Part shown: positions 11,020 to 20,744 of the stretch, one piece after another
Layout of the letters: each line of letters begins with the position of its first letter
Position numbering within the stretch: the first letter of the stretch is position 1
DNA from: a virus
Taxonomy: Duplodnaviria > Caudoviricetes
DNA: 64,000 nucleotides
Direction: 5' to 3' (one strand)
Virus record (IMG/VR): IMGVR_UViG_3300024493_000235
Coordinates: 32,001 to 96,000 of that record
Program-made: the position numbers and the translations under genes
Notes under the pieces: generated by a model
What the model was told of the DNA's origin: nothing
Seen by the model: the letters and a program-made list of their open reading frames with translations, nothing else
The model's database searches: none

Positions 11020-11148
11020 GTGGTAAATGTGCTTATATCAGGTTTTATTTTACTGGCAGCGTTAGTCTTACTTGTGTATCCCGTTTGTAATAATAAATGG
11101 TTTGATGCAAAAGCTGACATTAAAAATGAACCTCAAGGAGAAGAATGA
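11020..11148 (+). CDS. Small single-pass membrane protein (42 aa, not in ORF track)
   Basis: AAGGAG RBS, GTG start, MVNVLISGFILLAALVLLVYPVC...; TGA overlaps polymerase ATG; AACA-N6-TA at 10991-11002. Confidence 0.55.
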   Translation: MVNVLISGFILLAALVLLVYPVCNNKWFDAKADIKNEPQGEE

Positions 11149-13112
11149 TGCATGTAACTGAAAACGCATTTCTTCAGAAATATATTCGTGAGGCCACTTG
11201 TATTATTTCTAGCATGTACAAGGATCTCGATGAATCTTTTATAGAAGCCTTTGTGAAAAAACAGATAGTTGCACATTGTAAAGATCAACCTGTGGCTATT
11301 TCAAATACATATACAGAAGAATCGGGAAGCTCATCGCTTTTAAATATACTTCACTATCTTGAAAGTCAAAAACCTATAATTACAAGTAACGGTGTTATAT
11401 ATAAACCTCATAGGGAACACGTAGCACCTGTTGTAACAATGATTATATCCATGCAGAAAGAAAGAAAAGATGTTAAGAAGGATATGTTTAAAGCGAAGAT
11501 GGAAAAGAATACAGATGATTACGAGAGACTGGATTTACTTCAAGCCAATATTAAAGTTTCTCTTAACTCCCTTTACGGTTCCATGGCAGAGAAAAACTCT
11601 TTTCCTTACAATGCATCTTGTGCCGCAGCTATTACAGGACAAGCTCGTACAATAATATCTGCAACAATGTGGTTTTTAGAAACGTTCTTAGCAAACAACG
11701 TATTTTTTCAAACGATAGATGAAATGACACATTACATGTATCTTATTCTGTCGGAAGAAAATAACCTTGAAAAATATAGTGTTATAAAAGAAGTTCCGTC
11801 TGTTGATACTATCGTTAAGTACTACATGAGTAAATACGAAAATGTCCAAGATAGGCAGTTAGCACAGGCGATTGTATATATGATAGCTTCGAATGCTACA
11901 GACACACAGAGAATAAAGTTGTACTATAAGTGCAATCTTTACGCGTTTATAAACGAATGTCCTGATGTAAAGGATATCATATTTTCAATCATACGAAGCG
12001 ACGTAGGATTCCATGATTCCAGTAAACCTCCTCCCGAATTTGAAGAGCCTCTTAGGGTTCTATGGGGTTTTATTGAGGAATTTGTATACATGGAAAACTA
12101 TATTCTCTACGATAAAATCGAGAGATACAAAACGCATACAAGAAAAGTTGTCTGTTATTCTGATACAGACTCTGTTTTTATATATACAGGGGATTGGTTA
12201 TTTCGCATTATGTGTGAAGATAAAAACATTGCGTTTTCTGACATAAAGATGACACAAATTGATATTCATTACGCAATGAAAACCATCAATATCCTCATGT
12301 ACATGATCAACACAGCAATCCATAAAACATACGGAACTTTGGCAAATAACTGCGGCGTAGCTCAAGAATACCATAAGTACCTTTCTATAAAGAATGAGTA
12401 TCTTATGGATAGATACATCTCATACGACATGCAGAAAAACTACATCTATCGTAACGTGGTTAACGAAGGTAACGTATTAGATCCTCCAGAATTTGAATCC
12501 AAAGGGATTCATCTTAACTCGAAATCAAAGAACTCAGTTGTAATGAAACGTCTTAAAGATATGGTAAAACATGTCACAATGGATTTCGACACAATACAAC
12601 CTGAAGTCTTGTTATACGAAATTTGCACGTTCAGAGACGAAATTATTTCATCTATTGAAAAAGGAGAAGTTAAATATCTTACTCCTGTAAAGATAAAAGA
12701 AATGGATTCGTATAAAAATCCCTATAGCATGTATACAGTACGAGCTATTGAAGCGTACAGAATTGCAACAAGGGATAAAAATCTCCAAATACCCGGAACG
12801 TTTTACATAATCGATATGAAAGGTTTAGAAACTGAAGAAAAGTTGGAACCTATACGAGCAGAATACCCTGACGTATATGATAGGTTAAAGACCGAATTCT
12901 TTGGTGATAAAAACTTAAGGAGATCCGGAATTGAATACATCGCAATTCCAATGAGATTCCAAGAGATACCCAGATGGATTATTCCTTATATTGATATCAC
13001 GGAAATTTGGAGAAAACATTTGAATCCTGCTATCGCGCTTCTTGGAAGTGTGGGGATACAGAAAAATGTCATTTCAGGAAAGCAGTATCATTCTACGGTA
13101 CTGAAATTTTAA
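11145..13112 (+). CDS. Family B DNA polymerase, split jumbo-phage type (phiKZ gp50-like)
   Basis: KVSLNSLYG (motif B), ITGQAR, YSDTDS (motif C), KNY and SKG; no exonuclease domain or DxxSLYP. Confidence 0.85.
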   Translation: MMHVTENAFLQKYIREATCIISSMYKDLDESFIEAFVKKQIVAHCKDQPVAISNTYTEESGSSSLLNILHYLESQKPIITSNGVIYKPHREHVAPVVTMIISMQKERKDVKKDMFKAKMEKNTDDYERLDLLQANIKVSLNSLYGSMAEKNSFPYNASCAAAITGQARTIISATMWFLETFLANNVFFQTIDEMTHYMYLILSEENNLEKYSVIKEVPSVDTIVKYYMSKYENVQDRQLAQAIVYMIASNATDTQRIKLYYKCNLYAFINECPDVKDIIFSIIRSDVGFHDSSKPPPEFEEPLRVLWGFIEEFVYMENYILYDKIERYKTHTRKVVCYSDTDSVFIYTGDWLFRIMCEDKNIAFSDIKMTQIDIHYAMKTINILMYMINTAIHKTYGTLANNCGVAQEYHKYLSIKNEYLMDRYISYDMQKNYIYRNVVNEGNVLDPPEFESKGIHLNSKSKNSVVMKRLKDMVKHVTMDFDTIQPEVLLYEICTFRDEIISSIEKGEVKYLTPVKIKEMDSYKNPYSMYTVRAIEAYRIATRDKNLQIPGTFYIIDMKGLETEEKLEPIRAEYPDVYDRLKTEFFGDKNLRRSGIEYIAIPMRFQEIPRWIIPYIDITEIWRKHLNPAIALLGSVGIQKNVISGKQYHSTVLKF

Positions 13113-13128
13113 TAAAAGGAGAAAACGA

Positions 13129-13887
13129 ATGAGTTATAACAATTCACCTGGAGGCGGAAAATTATATTCGACCCCGTTTCTTAATGTCGATTTAGGAACT
13201 ACTTTCACAAGAGCCGGTAAAGCCTATAAACTTTCCATCACTAACAACTACAAGTTTAGGATTCAAGTTACGACCGCCAAGCAAGAAGCCGACGGGACAA
13301 AGAAATGGGATTTCTTACATAATTCCACAACTCTCGTTCTTTCATGGAACGATATGTATAGGCTTTATATGGCTGCAACAGAAATGGCAAAAATTTATGT
13401 TGCACGTACAAGCGGAAAAATCGACTTAACAGATCCGAAAAATAAAGTTTATACAACAAAGTCAATTCGTCTTCCATTGGTATCGGGAGCTACTGGTGCC
13501 ATATATGGCGAAATAATTGTAGGAGTATGTCAAGACCCGAACAGCCGAGGAGAAGAAACTTTTGCGTTTTCTTACAGCACAACGAACAAATCGAACGAGA
13601 CTACAAGGGATTCTATCATATTCGATAGGGCGCAGGGAAACGATGGAATATTCGAATATAACGATGGTCCTACAAAAATCCATGAATCCTTTAACACCAA
13701 TTTAGGATTTACGGACTTCGTAACACAACTTGAATCCTGCGTCAAATTCGGCAAAATCATATTCGGGTTGTATTCGGCTGGAAGTAGGTCTTCAAGTAAA
13801 GGAGGATATTCTTCAGGCGGAAGTCAAGGAGGAGATGCAGGCTCTTCGTCATCTCCATACGAAGACGACTCGAATTCGATATTCTAA
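13129..13887 (+). CDS. Probable single-stranded DNA-binding protein
   Basis: Follows DNA polymerase; beta-rich body, Gly/Ser linker and acidic-aromatic tail YEDDSNSIF. Confidence 0.5.
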   Translation: MSYNNSPGGGKLYSTPFLNVDLGTTFTRAGKAYKLSITNNYKFRIQVTTAKQEADGTKKWDFLHNSTTLVLSWNDMYRLYMAATEMAKIYVARTSGKIDLTDPKNKVYTTKSIRLPLVSGATGAIYGEIIVGVCQDPNSRGEETFAFSYSTTNKSNETTRDSIIFDRAQGNDGIFEYNDGPTKIHESFNTNLGFTDFVTQLESCVKFGKIIFGLYSAGSRSSSKGGYSSGGSQGGDAGSSSSPYEDDSNSIF

Positions 13888-13888
13888 T

Positions 13889-14734
13889 ATGAAGTACGAT
13901 CAAGACGATTCAGGGCTCGCTTATTTGGCACAATGTATTAGAGAAAATATTGTGCCAAATATAGTGGGTACCGGATCTAAAAGCGTTCTTGAAAAACAAT
14001 CATTCATAATCCAATGGGAAATGATTCAATCTCTTGAAACAGGCATTCTATTTATGCTAGGGTTAATTCATAATTCAGGAGATGAAATTGTTAGAATGCT
14101 TGATACAGAAATCGTAAGTAAAATTTCTTTTTCCGATGTGTGGCATAGAAAAGAGGATACCGTATTTGATCTTATCTTTGCACGTCACGAAGAGAAAGGG
14201 ATCATAATCTCACAAGAACACAAAGATTATATCAAGAATAAAGTATTTAAGACCATTCAAAACGATCCTTCAGGACTTTTGTATTCGGTGTCCCCCTTCT
14301 TAGTATTCTTAAACGCCCTTATTAATCTATATTCTGACAGGATGATAAAAAAAATGATTTTGGTTATACCAAAAGAATATACACATCCTGCAAACGAAAA
14401 ACCTTTTAAAATCATGGCGCCATACTTTCCACAGGATGAATCATACCCTATTTATATCGACATAACAGAAAAATCGTTTTGTGATTATATTTTGAGCTTT
14501 TCTAAAAAAGACTTAGACGAATCTGTAATTGTAACGGATTCTAAAGAGTTGCTTGAAAAATCCGTTGAAGCTGATATCATAACAAACGCATCTTTTGTAT
14601 TTCCAGAATGTGAAAGATCCGGTTTTGACCTTCAATATCAAGACGCTCTTTTAATCACAAAACCTGCAAATGAATATATTCTGTATACGCAAAAAGCTCT
14701 CCTTATGAGAGATAAAAACAAAAAGCCTTTTTGA
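13889..14734 (+). CDS. Hypothetical protein
   Basis: ATG 13889 directly after the upstream stop, in frame with the 13730 ORF. Confidence 0.7.
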   Translation: MKYDQDDSGLAYLAQCIRENIVPNIVGTGSKSVLEKQSFIIQWEMIQSLETGILFMLGLIHNSGDEIVRMLDTEIVSKISFSDVWHRKEDTVFDLIFARHEEKGIIISQEHKDYIKNKVFKTIQNDPSGLLYSVSPFLVFLNALINLYSDRMIKKMILVIPKEYTHPANEKPFKIMAPYFPQDESYPIYIDITEKSFCDYILSFSKKDLDESVIVTDSKELLEKSVEADIITNASFVFPECERSGFDLQYQDALLITKPANEYILYTQKALLMRDKNKKPF

Positions 14735-14735
14735 G

Positions 14736-14745
14736 TATATATAAT
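14736..14745 (+). promoter_or_regulatory. Early-type promoter TATATATAAT (representative of over 20 copies)
   Basis: Same motif at 21610, 28129, 31037, 31674, 32043, 34840, 37732, 38655, 39097, 41614, 47194, 51654, 52409, 54182, 54776, 55275, 56561, 57851, 59943. Confidence 0.75.
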
Positions 14746-14811
14746 ATACAGTAAGGAGGAAGTGAATCAGTAGATTCATTTATTATATTTTCGTGCAAGG
14801 AGTTTAAAAAC

Positions 14812-15171
14812 ATGAATATTATCAATTTGACCGGAGCCGCTGTTCGAATATTACGGTGCCCGAATACAGACGATAAAAGCGTCTTGATGTTTCCGCCGTA
14901 TGTAGATAACGGAAAACTCGTAACATGTGATGCCACACAAAGTAACGTACAGCTCGGATTCTTTGACAACGTTCCTGTGGAAACTGTGAATATAACTCCA
15001 GTTCTTCCACAACAATTGGACAATACGTTATTCATCGTACCAGAATATGTCGCCGCCGCGTGTCCTTGGAGAAACGATTTAATCTTTCCTAAGGATATTG
15101 CTATTCCATCAAAACAAGAAAACGGCCTTGATGTCTACAGGACATTCCAACGATACAATATCGTCACCTAA
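14812..15171 (+). CDS. Phage hypothetical protein (IINLT...LP...IV...VA...R.DL..P pattern)
   Basis: AAGGAG RBS; terminator hairpin 15184-15206. Confidence 0.7.
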   Translation: MNIINLTGAAVRILRCPNTDDKSVLMFPPYVDNGKLVTCDATQSNVQLGFFDNVPVETVNITPVLPQQLDNTLFIVPEYVAAACPWRNDLIFPKDIAIPSKQENGLDVYRTFQRYNIVT

Positions 15172-15240
15172 ATCTAAATCTCACTCTGGGGCGTTTTGCC
15201 CCAGAGCTAAATTTTTTGAAAACCTTTTAAGGAGGGATAC

Positions 15241-15606
15241 GTGAAAAAATTATTGAACCTATCTTATGCACAAAAATGGACAATAATGCAAGACATGTTT
15301 GACGGTACTTTCCGAAAAAATCTCAGTGATAAAGAACTTTATACTGCGGAAGAGAAATGGTGTAAGAAAAACAATTACTCGTATGAAGAGATGCAAAAAG
15401 TGTGCGCGATATTTGAAAACATCTCTGATACGTTCGGCATACACGATCCGATAGATTATAACAGCAAAAATCGCAAAGAAAGTTTCTTTTCTTTTGCTAC
15501 CGATTTAAAGGACATATGCAAGGATATGTTAGATGACATGGCAATCATTTTCATTGAGAATGATATAGATTTTCACTTTGCGCAAAAAGGAGTTACAGAC
15601 GCATGA
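15241..15606 (+). CDS. Hypothetical protein, paralog of 15603-15968
   Basis: AAGGAGG RBS, GTG start; shared KW.I..D..D and C.KN.Y...FE..S..FG motifs. Confidence 0.75.
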   Translation: MKKLLNLSYAQKWTIMQDMFDGTFRKNLSDKELYTAEEKWCKKNNYSYEEMQKVCAIFENISDTFGIHDPIDYNSKNRKESFFSFATDLKDICKDMLDDMAIIFIENDIDFHFAQKGVTDA

Positions 15607-15968
15607 AAAACACCAATGATTTAACTTGGAGAGAAAAATGGGCTATTATCTGTGACTTCGTCGATTTTCTTTTTCCTGAAAGTAAAATTGCCGAAGAAAA
15701 CAAAGGAAGATTGCTTGATATCGATTTCGATAAAAGCATGGCTGCGTTTTGCGAGAAAAACGATTATAATCCGGAATCTGTTACGGATTTATGGAGGGAC
15801 TTCGAAGATCTCTCAAACATGTTTGGGGTTCGATCTCCCACAGAATTTGACAGAACCGCCGATGATTATAAGGATACAAGTTTTGACGTATTCGCATACG
15901 AGCTTGCGGAGCTTTCTGATTATCATATCAAGATGATCTCCGGTATTATATCCGAAGGTAAAGGCTAA
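15603..15968 (+). CDS. Hypothetical protein, paralog of 15241-15606
   Basis: Overlapping ATGA coupling; shared motifs. Confidence 0.75.
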   Translation: MKNTNDLTWREKWAIICDFVDFLFPESKIAEENKGRLLDIDFDKSMAAFCEKNDYNPESVTDLWRDFEDLSNMFGVRSPTEFDRTADDYKDTSFDVFAYELAELSDYHIKMISGIISEGKG

Positions 15969-16213
15969 TGAAACCTTTAATACGCTATGACTTCTTTATG
16001 AGAGCGTGGGCATTACCGGATTATTGTTGGACAACACATCCTGAAAGAGGAGGATATTCTGCTAGATATTTCTGGAACAAAACAAGGGCAAAAAAGGCGC
16101 TTAAATTATATCGAAAACTCGGTCGATGCCTCACGATAAAAGACGTGGAGGATATGGAAAGAGAACTCGACGCACACCTTGATAAAGTTCCCAGAAAAGG
16201 CAGAAGATGGTAA
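15968..16213 (+). CDS. Small basic hypothetical protein
   Basis: TAATG coupling; terminator hairpin about 16218-16238. Confidence 0.65.
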   Translation: MKPLIRYDFFMRAWALPDYCWTTHPERGGYSARYFWNKTRAKKALKLYRKLGRCLTIKDVEDMERELDAHLDKVPRKGRRW

Positions 16214-16249
16214 CTATATAGGGCGATTTTCGCCCTATTTTTTGTTTAA

Positions 16250-16428
16250 AACAAAGAAAAATTAGATTATACATATTGGATTTATTCAAAGGATTTGTGG
16301 AACCAATATCAAGATGAACTCACAATATCCCAATTGCGGTATAGGGATAATTGGAATAATCCAACTATTCAGAGAACAATCGATTATGCTATATACTGCT
16401 GGGAAAACAGAGAGAAATTATTCGGATA
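16250..16428 (+). pseudogene. Start-less gene remnant
   Basis: Open frame ...LDYTYWIYSKDLWNQ...WENREKLFG* with no start or RBS, followed by its own terminator (16441-16470). Confidence 0.35.
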
Positions 16429-16581
16429 AAGTACGCAATTACTGACGCGCCGCTTTATGCGGCGCTCAGTTTTTATTTGTTTTCCTGTACATAATAAAGG
16501 TAGTAATGCATTCTATGGGTTATTTTATTTTTTTTGGCCGTTTTTAACATCTTTATAAACTCGTATAACAAGAGGTGAATC

Positions 16582-18171
16582 ATGATTCTTGATATTATGG
16601 ATGTCGATAAATTTGTAGCAACCAATTATTTACAAGAAGTGACATCCAATTTATATTTTGATGATGCAGGAAATCCCGATCCTGATGGACTTCTCTCCAT
16701 CAGAATTTTTGGGCCTCCTGGAAGCCCAGAAAGAAAACTACGTATGGCATATATAGATTTAAAGCATCAATATTTACATCCGCATGTATACACAATATTG
16801 ACCCAAATGGACAAAAAAATGGGATCTCTTATATCCGGGTCAAAATACTTTAAATTCGATGATAAAACTAAGTTCTTCGTAGAAGCTTCCGATGACGATC
16901 CTGCATCCGGTACTGGACTTGATTTTTTGTATCTTCATTGGGATAACCTATTCTTTAAAAGAACCGGTTCGATGAAAAGAGAAAACAGACTTCATATGTT
17001 ATCTTTACTTAAAAAGAACGAAGTTTTTATTACAAAACAGGTTATAATTCCAGCTTTCTTTAGAGATATGACTGGAAACCGTGATAAAATAAATCCTATT
17101 AATACTCTTTATAAACAGCTTTTTAATGGTGTGAGTGTATTAAAAACCCTTGGTACAACAAATTTTACATACAATTTATCCAGAGCCGGGGTACAACTAA
17201 CAATCAATAAAATATTTGATTATTTTATGGATCTTCTTAAATTAAAAGAAGGATTCTTACAAGCATCTGTTATGTCAAAATCTATTGATTATGGCGTACG
17301 TACCCTTATTACAGCTCCAACATTTTCAGCAAATTCTTGGAAGGATATGCCTGCAGATTATGAGCATATTGCAGTTCCACTTGTACAATGTATATCAGAA
17401 TTTACGATAGCAATTATTACATGGATTGAACAATGGGTAAATTCGATTGTCCAAGGAAGGGTTAATATGTACATTTGGGATACAGCAGAACAAAAAGCTG
17501 TGTTAAAAAACCTTTCAGAAGATTGGAAAAGTGATTTCTCGTCAGAAGCAATTGAGAAAAAAATATACGAATTTGCTATGACACCAGAGATGCGGTTTTA
17601 TCCTGTCACAATAAAATTTGAAAACGAAGAGCGAAAACCGTTTGCATTTATATCAGATAACAAAGACCTTGTAATGGAATCCGGAACAATCGATCCTGAA
17701 AAAATGAAAAAAATCCGATATTACACATGGACGGATGTTTTTTTCTTAGCCGCAATGGAGTGTGCAGCAGATATGGCAATCTATACAACACGATATCCCG
17801 TAACAACTCATCACAGTCAATATTTTGCAAAGTGTCGAGTTCGCTCTACATTTAGGACAATGGAAATGCTCATAGGTGGAACAAAGTATACAAATTATCC
17901 TGTTGTGGATATTACAGCTCCGACAGATACAATCGAATCGATGTTCATAGATTCTCTTGAGTTATTTCCGCCATATATCGGAACTCTTGGTGCCGACCAT
18001 GATGGGGATCAAGTTTGTTGTAGGGGATTGTATTCCTATGAAGCGAATAAATGGGTTGACCAGTATGTATCTTCTCCCGCAAATGCTATCGGTATGGATG
18101 GAGGATCTGTTAGAACTTCTGGAGATGTTGGAACCCATACATTGTATAATCTTCTGCGAAATCCCGATTAA
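16582..18171 (+). CDS. Phage multisubunit RNA polymerase beta-prime N-terminal catalytic subunit (probably virion RNAP)
   Basis: DGLLSIRIFG, MAYIDL, IPAFFRD, KSIDYGVRTLI, TRYP and GADHDGDQ; AACA-N6-TA at 16546-16557. Confidence 0.9.
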   Translation: MILDIMDVDKFVATNYLQEVTSNLYFDDAGNPDPDGLLSIRIFGPPGSPERKLRMAYIDLKHQYLHPHVYTILTQMDKKMGSLISGSKYFKFDDKTKFFVEASDDDPASGTGLDFLYLHWDNLFFKRTGSMKRENRLHMLSLLKKNEVFITKQVIIPAFFRDMTGNRDKINPINTLYKQLFNGVSVLKTLGTTNFTYNLSRAGVQLTINKIFDYFMDLLKLKEGFLQASVMSKSIDYGVRTLITAPTFSANSWKDMPADYEHIAVPLVQCISEFTIAIITWIEQWVNSIVQGRVNMYIWDTAEQKAVLKNLSEDWKSDFSSEAIEKKIYEFAMTPEMRFYPVTIKFENEERKPFAFISDNKDLVMESGTIDPEKMKKIRYYTWTDVFFLAAMECAADMAIYTTRYPVTTHHSQYFAKCRVRSTFRTMEMLIGGTKYTNYPVVDITAPTDTIESMFIDSLELFPPYIGTLGADHDGDQVCCRGLYSYEANKWVDQYVSSPANAIGMDGGSVRTSGDVGTHTLYNLLRNPD

Positions 18172-18176
18172 AAACT

Positions 18177-18201
18177 ATCCAGGGCCATTATGGCCCTGGA
18201 T
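18177..18201. terminator. Bidirectional terminator, GGCC-core family
   Basis: ATCCAGGGCC-ATTAT-GGCCCTGGAT between convergent genes. Confidence 0.8.
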
Positions 18202-18211
18202 GTTATTTTTG

Positions 18212-19612
18212 TTATATAGCTTTATGAAAAGTGAGAACAGACATGCTGCTCATGGGTTCATTTTCTTGAGCTGATATCGCGTGTCTTGCATCATACAGTT
18301 TATAATCTCCGCCGTATTCGGCTTCAACAATCGGATCCATCAAGAATGTGATTTTATAACTGCGATTAAATGTGAATATTGTATAATCAGCATCAGAAAG
18401 TTGCATGACAATAGCTCTTTGAGAAAATTGAAGATTCAAGATGTATTCGTCCAGAAGATAATTATTAGATAGCTCATTATGAAAGTATCGCACTTTATCT
18501 TTTGCATCCGGATTTGATCCCTTTATGCCAGTATTGAATTGTGGCATTGCAGGTGAGCCACCCCATTTTTCATCATCGAATGTAACCGATCCTTCAGCGT
18601 ATTGAGATGCAAAAACTTTAATGATGCTTCCTTGCAACTCTTTTAACGCTTCTGCTGTATTTATAGGTGTGAAACATTCAGGTCCTCCACATGTTACAAT
18701 GTACCTAGAACCGTCTGAATCTTTGTAGTATCCTATTGTATTCGGATACACTTGATTTGGAGGAACCACAAAGATGTGAACTTTATCAAACTCATCTTTT
18801 GGAACAGCATATTTATTAGAGTATTTTGGAATGACATACAAGTATTTTAAATCCTGGTATATCAAAAGTCCTGTAGAATAAATACCATACACAGTTTGCA
18901 TAAACGAACAAAAGTCACGTAAGTTCCACGGTGGAACTGTTACTTGCATTTCTTTGTTGTCGTTATCAGGATTTTGCAATATTACAGAATCTTTTTCTTT
19001 TACAAAGAATGATATCCCATATGCTAGTACATCAAATGGGCGAACGTTTTTTCCAGCGCCAGGTTTTAAAGCATTTAAATTTACAGCATTTTTAAACCTG
19101 TTGCGATGAGCGATACAACTTAAATTAAGGGTTATATCTTTTAGTTGTTGTGCTACACTCGGATCCGCATTATAAGTGCCGTCTTCATTTTCTGTAATAG
19201 TCGGATTTTCTGTTATAGACAATGTCACATCTTCCGGTGTTTCTATAAGAGCTTGAAATATATTTGAGAATAATATCCTCTCTTCTACTATGGCGTCTTT
19301 TTCACTGATAATATTCTCATTGGACCTTTGTTCATCGTATACAACCATAGAAAGGGACACAGATAAATCCTCACGATAATTCATCATTTGTATATGCTGA
19401 TCTTTGTCGACAGTGATAACTACACGTAAAACAGGAAATGTCACAGCCCCAGAATCCAGCACTTCATATGGCGCATCCTGTTTTAGTATAGCTTTTATGA
19501 CAACTTTGTCTTTTGCTTGTACAATAGTTTTTCCATCAGAAGTTCCGTATATATGAAGGTCGTAACCGTAACGAGCCTTACATATTTTTTCTACTTCAGG
19601 CATGTCTGACAT
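18212..19612 (-). CDS. Hypothetical protein, possibly virion baseplate or tail structural
   Basis: 466-aa beta-rich ORF downstream of an AACA-N6-TA-led gene; GAGGA RBS. Confidence 0.5.
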   Translation of the reverse strand: MSDMPEVEKICKARYGYDLHIYGTSDGKTIVQAKDKVVIKAILKQDAPYEVLDSGAVTFPVLRVVITVDKDQHIQMMNYREDLSVSLSMVVYDEQRSNENIISEKDAIVEERILFSNIFQALIETPEDVTLSITENPTITENEDGTYNADPSVAQQLKDITLNLSCIAHRNRFKNAVNLNALKPGAGKNVRPFDVLAYGISFFVKEKDSVILQNPDNDNKEMQVTVPPWNLRDFCSFMQTVYGIYSTGLLIYQDLKYLYVIPKYSNKYAVPKDEFDKVHIFVVPPNQVYPNTIGYYKDSDGSRYIVTCGGPECFTPINTAEALKELQGSIIKVFASQYAEGSVTFDDEKWGGSPAMPQFNTGIKGSNPDAKDKVRYFHNELSNNYLLDEYILNLQFSQRAIVMQLSDADYTIFTFNRSYKITFLMDPIVEAEYGGDYKLYDARHAISAQENEPMSSMSVLTFHKAI

Positions 19613-19619
19613 ATTTTCC

Positions 19620-20639
19620 TCACTCCGTATAGCACAATTGGGCTATATCTATCGGAATGTTACGGAAGATATTTTCATTGAGCTTTTCGATAGAATAATC
19701 GATGTTATCAACATGCCAAAGTATCATATAATTATCTAATTCTTTAGCATGATTTTGTAACTGCAAAGACATTGAAAGCCGTTCGAATTCTTTTGTAAGG
19801 CCACACATTTTATACAGACCTTCACAATCGATAGTGGAGCATGTTCCATCCCTTATACATGCAAAGATATTTTTCTTTGCATCTCTTATATTCTCCACAT
19901 GCTCAAATTTTGATTTCTTCGGATATATCAGTAGCCCTGATAAGAATAGGTCTATAAATAAAAACCTTATAGCATATGCTCTATTAAGGTCTTGTAAGTG
20001 TTTGTCTTTAAAAAGCCAGTCTGTTATAATCGTATGCTCTGTAAAAAGGCCTTTTCCAAGACCAAGTCTGTTTATACTGTAACGAATTTTGCTTTCATAT
20101 TGTAGTTGGCATACGGTATAATCCAGCGCATTATTTGATACAAGAAGTACAAATAACGGACAAGACTTTTTCTTTTGGATGTGCAGTTGCACATTATAGG
20201 ATATACTGACATAATCCGGCATATCCTTAGTATGTATATAATATACTTTAGGTATAAATATACATATCTGTGGAAGTAAAGTATCAAGAGCTTCATTTAT
20301 GGCCTTCTCGTATTTAGGATTTCCGTATTCAAGCGCTTTATCGCCCCTGTAGAAATAAATATTGGCGTGTCTTCTTGCTTTTCTAAAGTGAATCGCAATC
20401 TCAAGAATACATGCAACTATATATTCCTTAGTTAGATATGGTGAGCTTTTATCGTATGATTTTAATAGGGATTCCCATGTGCGAAATATTCCGTAGACAG
20501 AGATATAGATATGGATATCTCCCTTATTTTTTTCTTTTGGAAGAACCTGATCTATCATCTCGTATTTCGTCATTAGGCATGTACAGGCCACTTTAAACAA
20601 GTTAGCCTGGGTACGGTCGTCTTCCTTATGAAAGTACAT
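19620..20639 (-). CDS. Degenerate 5'-3' exonuclease/PIN-like fold protein
   Basis: IHIYISVYGI, IAIHFR, IYFY and VLLVSNN strand-helix pattern; start ATG 20639 after AAGGAG. Confidence 0.4.
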   Translation of the reverse strand: MYFHKEDDRTQANLFKVACTCLMTKYEMIDQVLPKEKNKGDIHIYISVYGIFRTWESLLKSYDKSSPYLTKEYIVACILEIAIHFRKARRHANIYFYRGDKALEYGNPKYEKAINEALDTLLPQICIFIPKVYYIHTKDMPDYVSISYNVQLHIQKKKSCPLFVLLVSNNALDYTVCQLQYESKIRYSINRLGLGKGLFTEHTIITDWLFKDKHLQDLNRAYAIRFLFIDLFLSGLLIYPKKSKFEHVENIRDAKKNIFACIRDGTCSTIDCEGLYKMCGLTKEFERLSMSLQLQNHAKELDNYMILWHVDNIDYSIEKLNENIFRNIPIDIAQLCYTE

Positions 20640-20692
20640 GTTTTTCTCCTTAATCTTAGGCCTTTTTAGGCCATTTTTCCTATTAAAAAAGC

Positions 20693-20710
20693 CTATTAAC
20701 ATGTTAATAG
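20693..20710. promoter_or_regulatory. Perfect 18-bp palindrome forming a bidirectional AACA-N6-TA promoter
   Basis: CTATTAACATGTTAATAG between divergent genes. Confidence 0.65.
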
Positions 20711-20744
20711 AGCAAGTTATATTGAAATAACAAGAGGTATTTTT

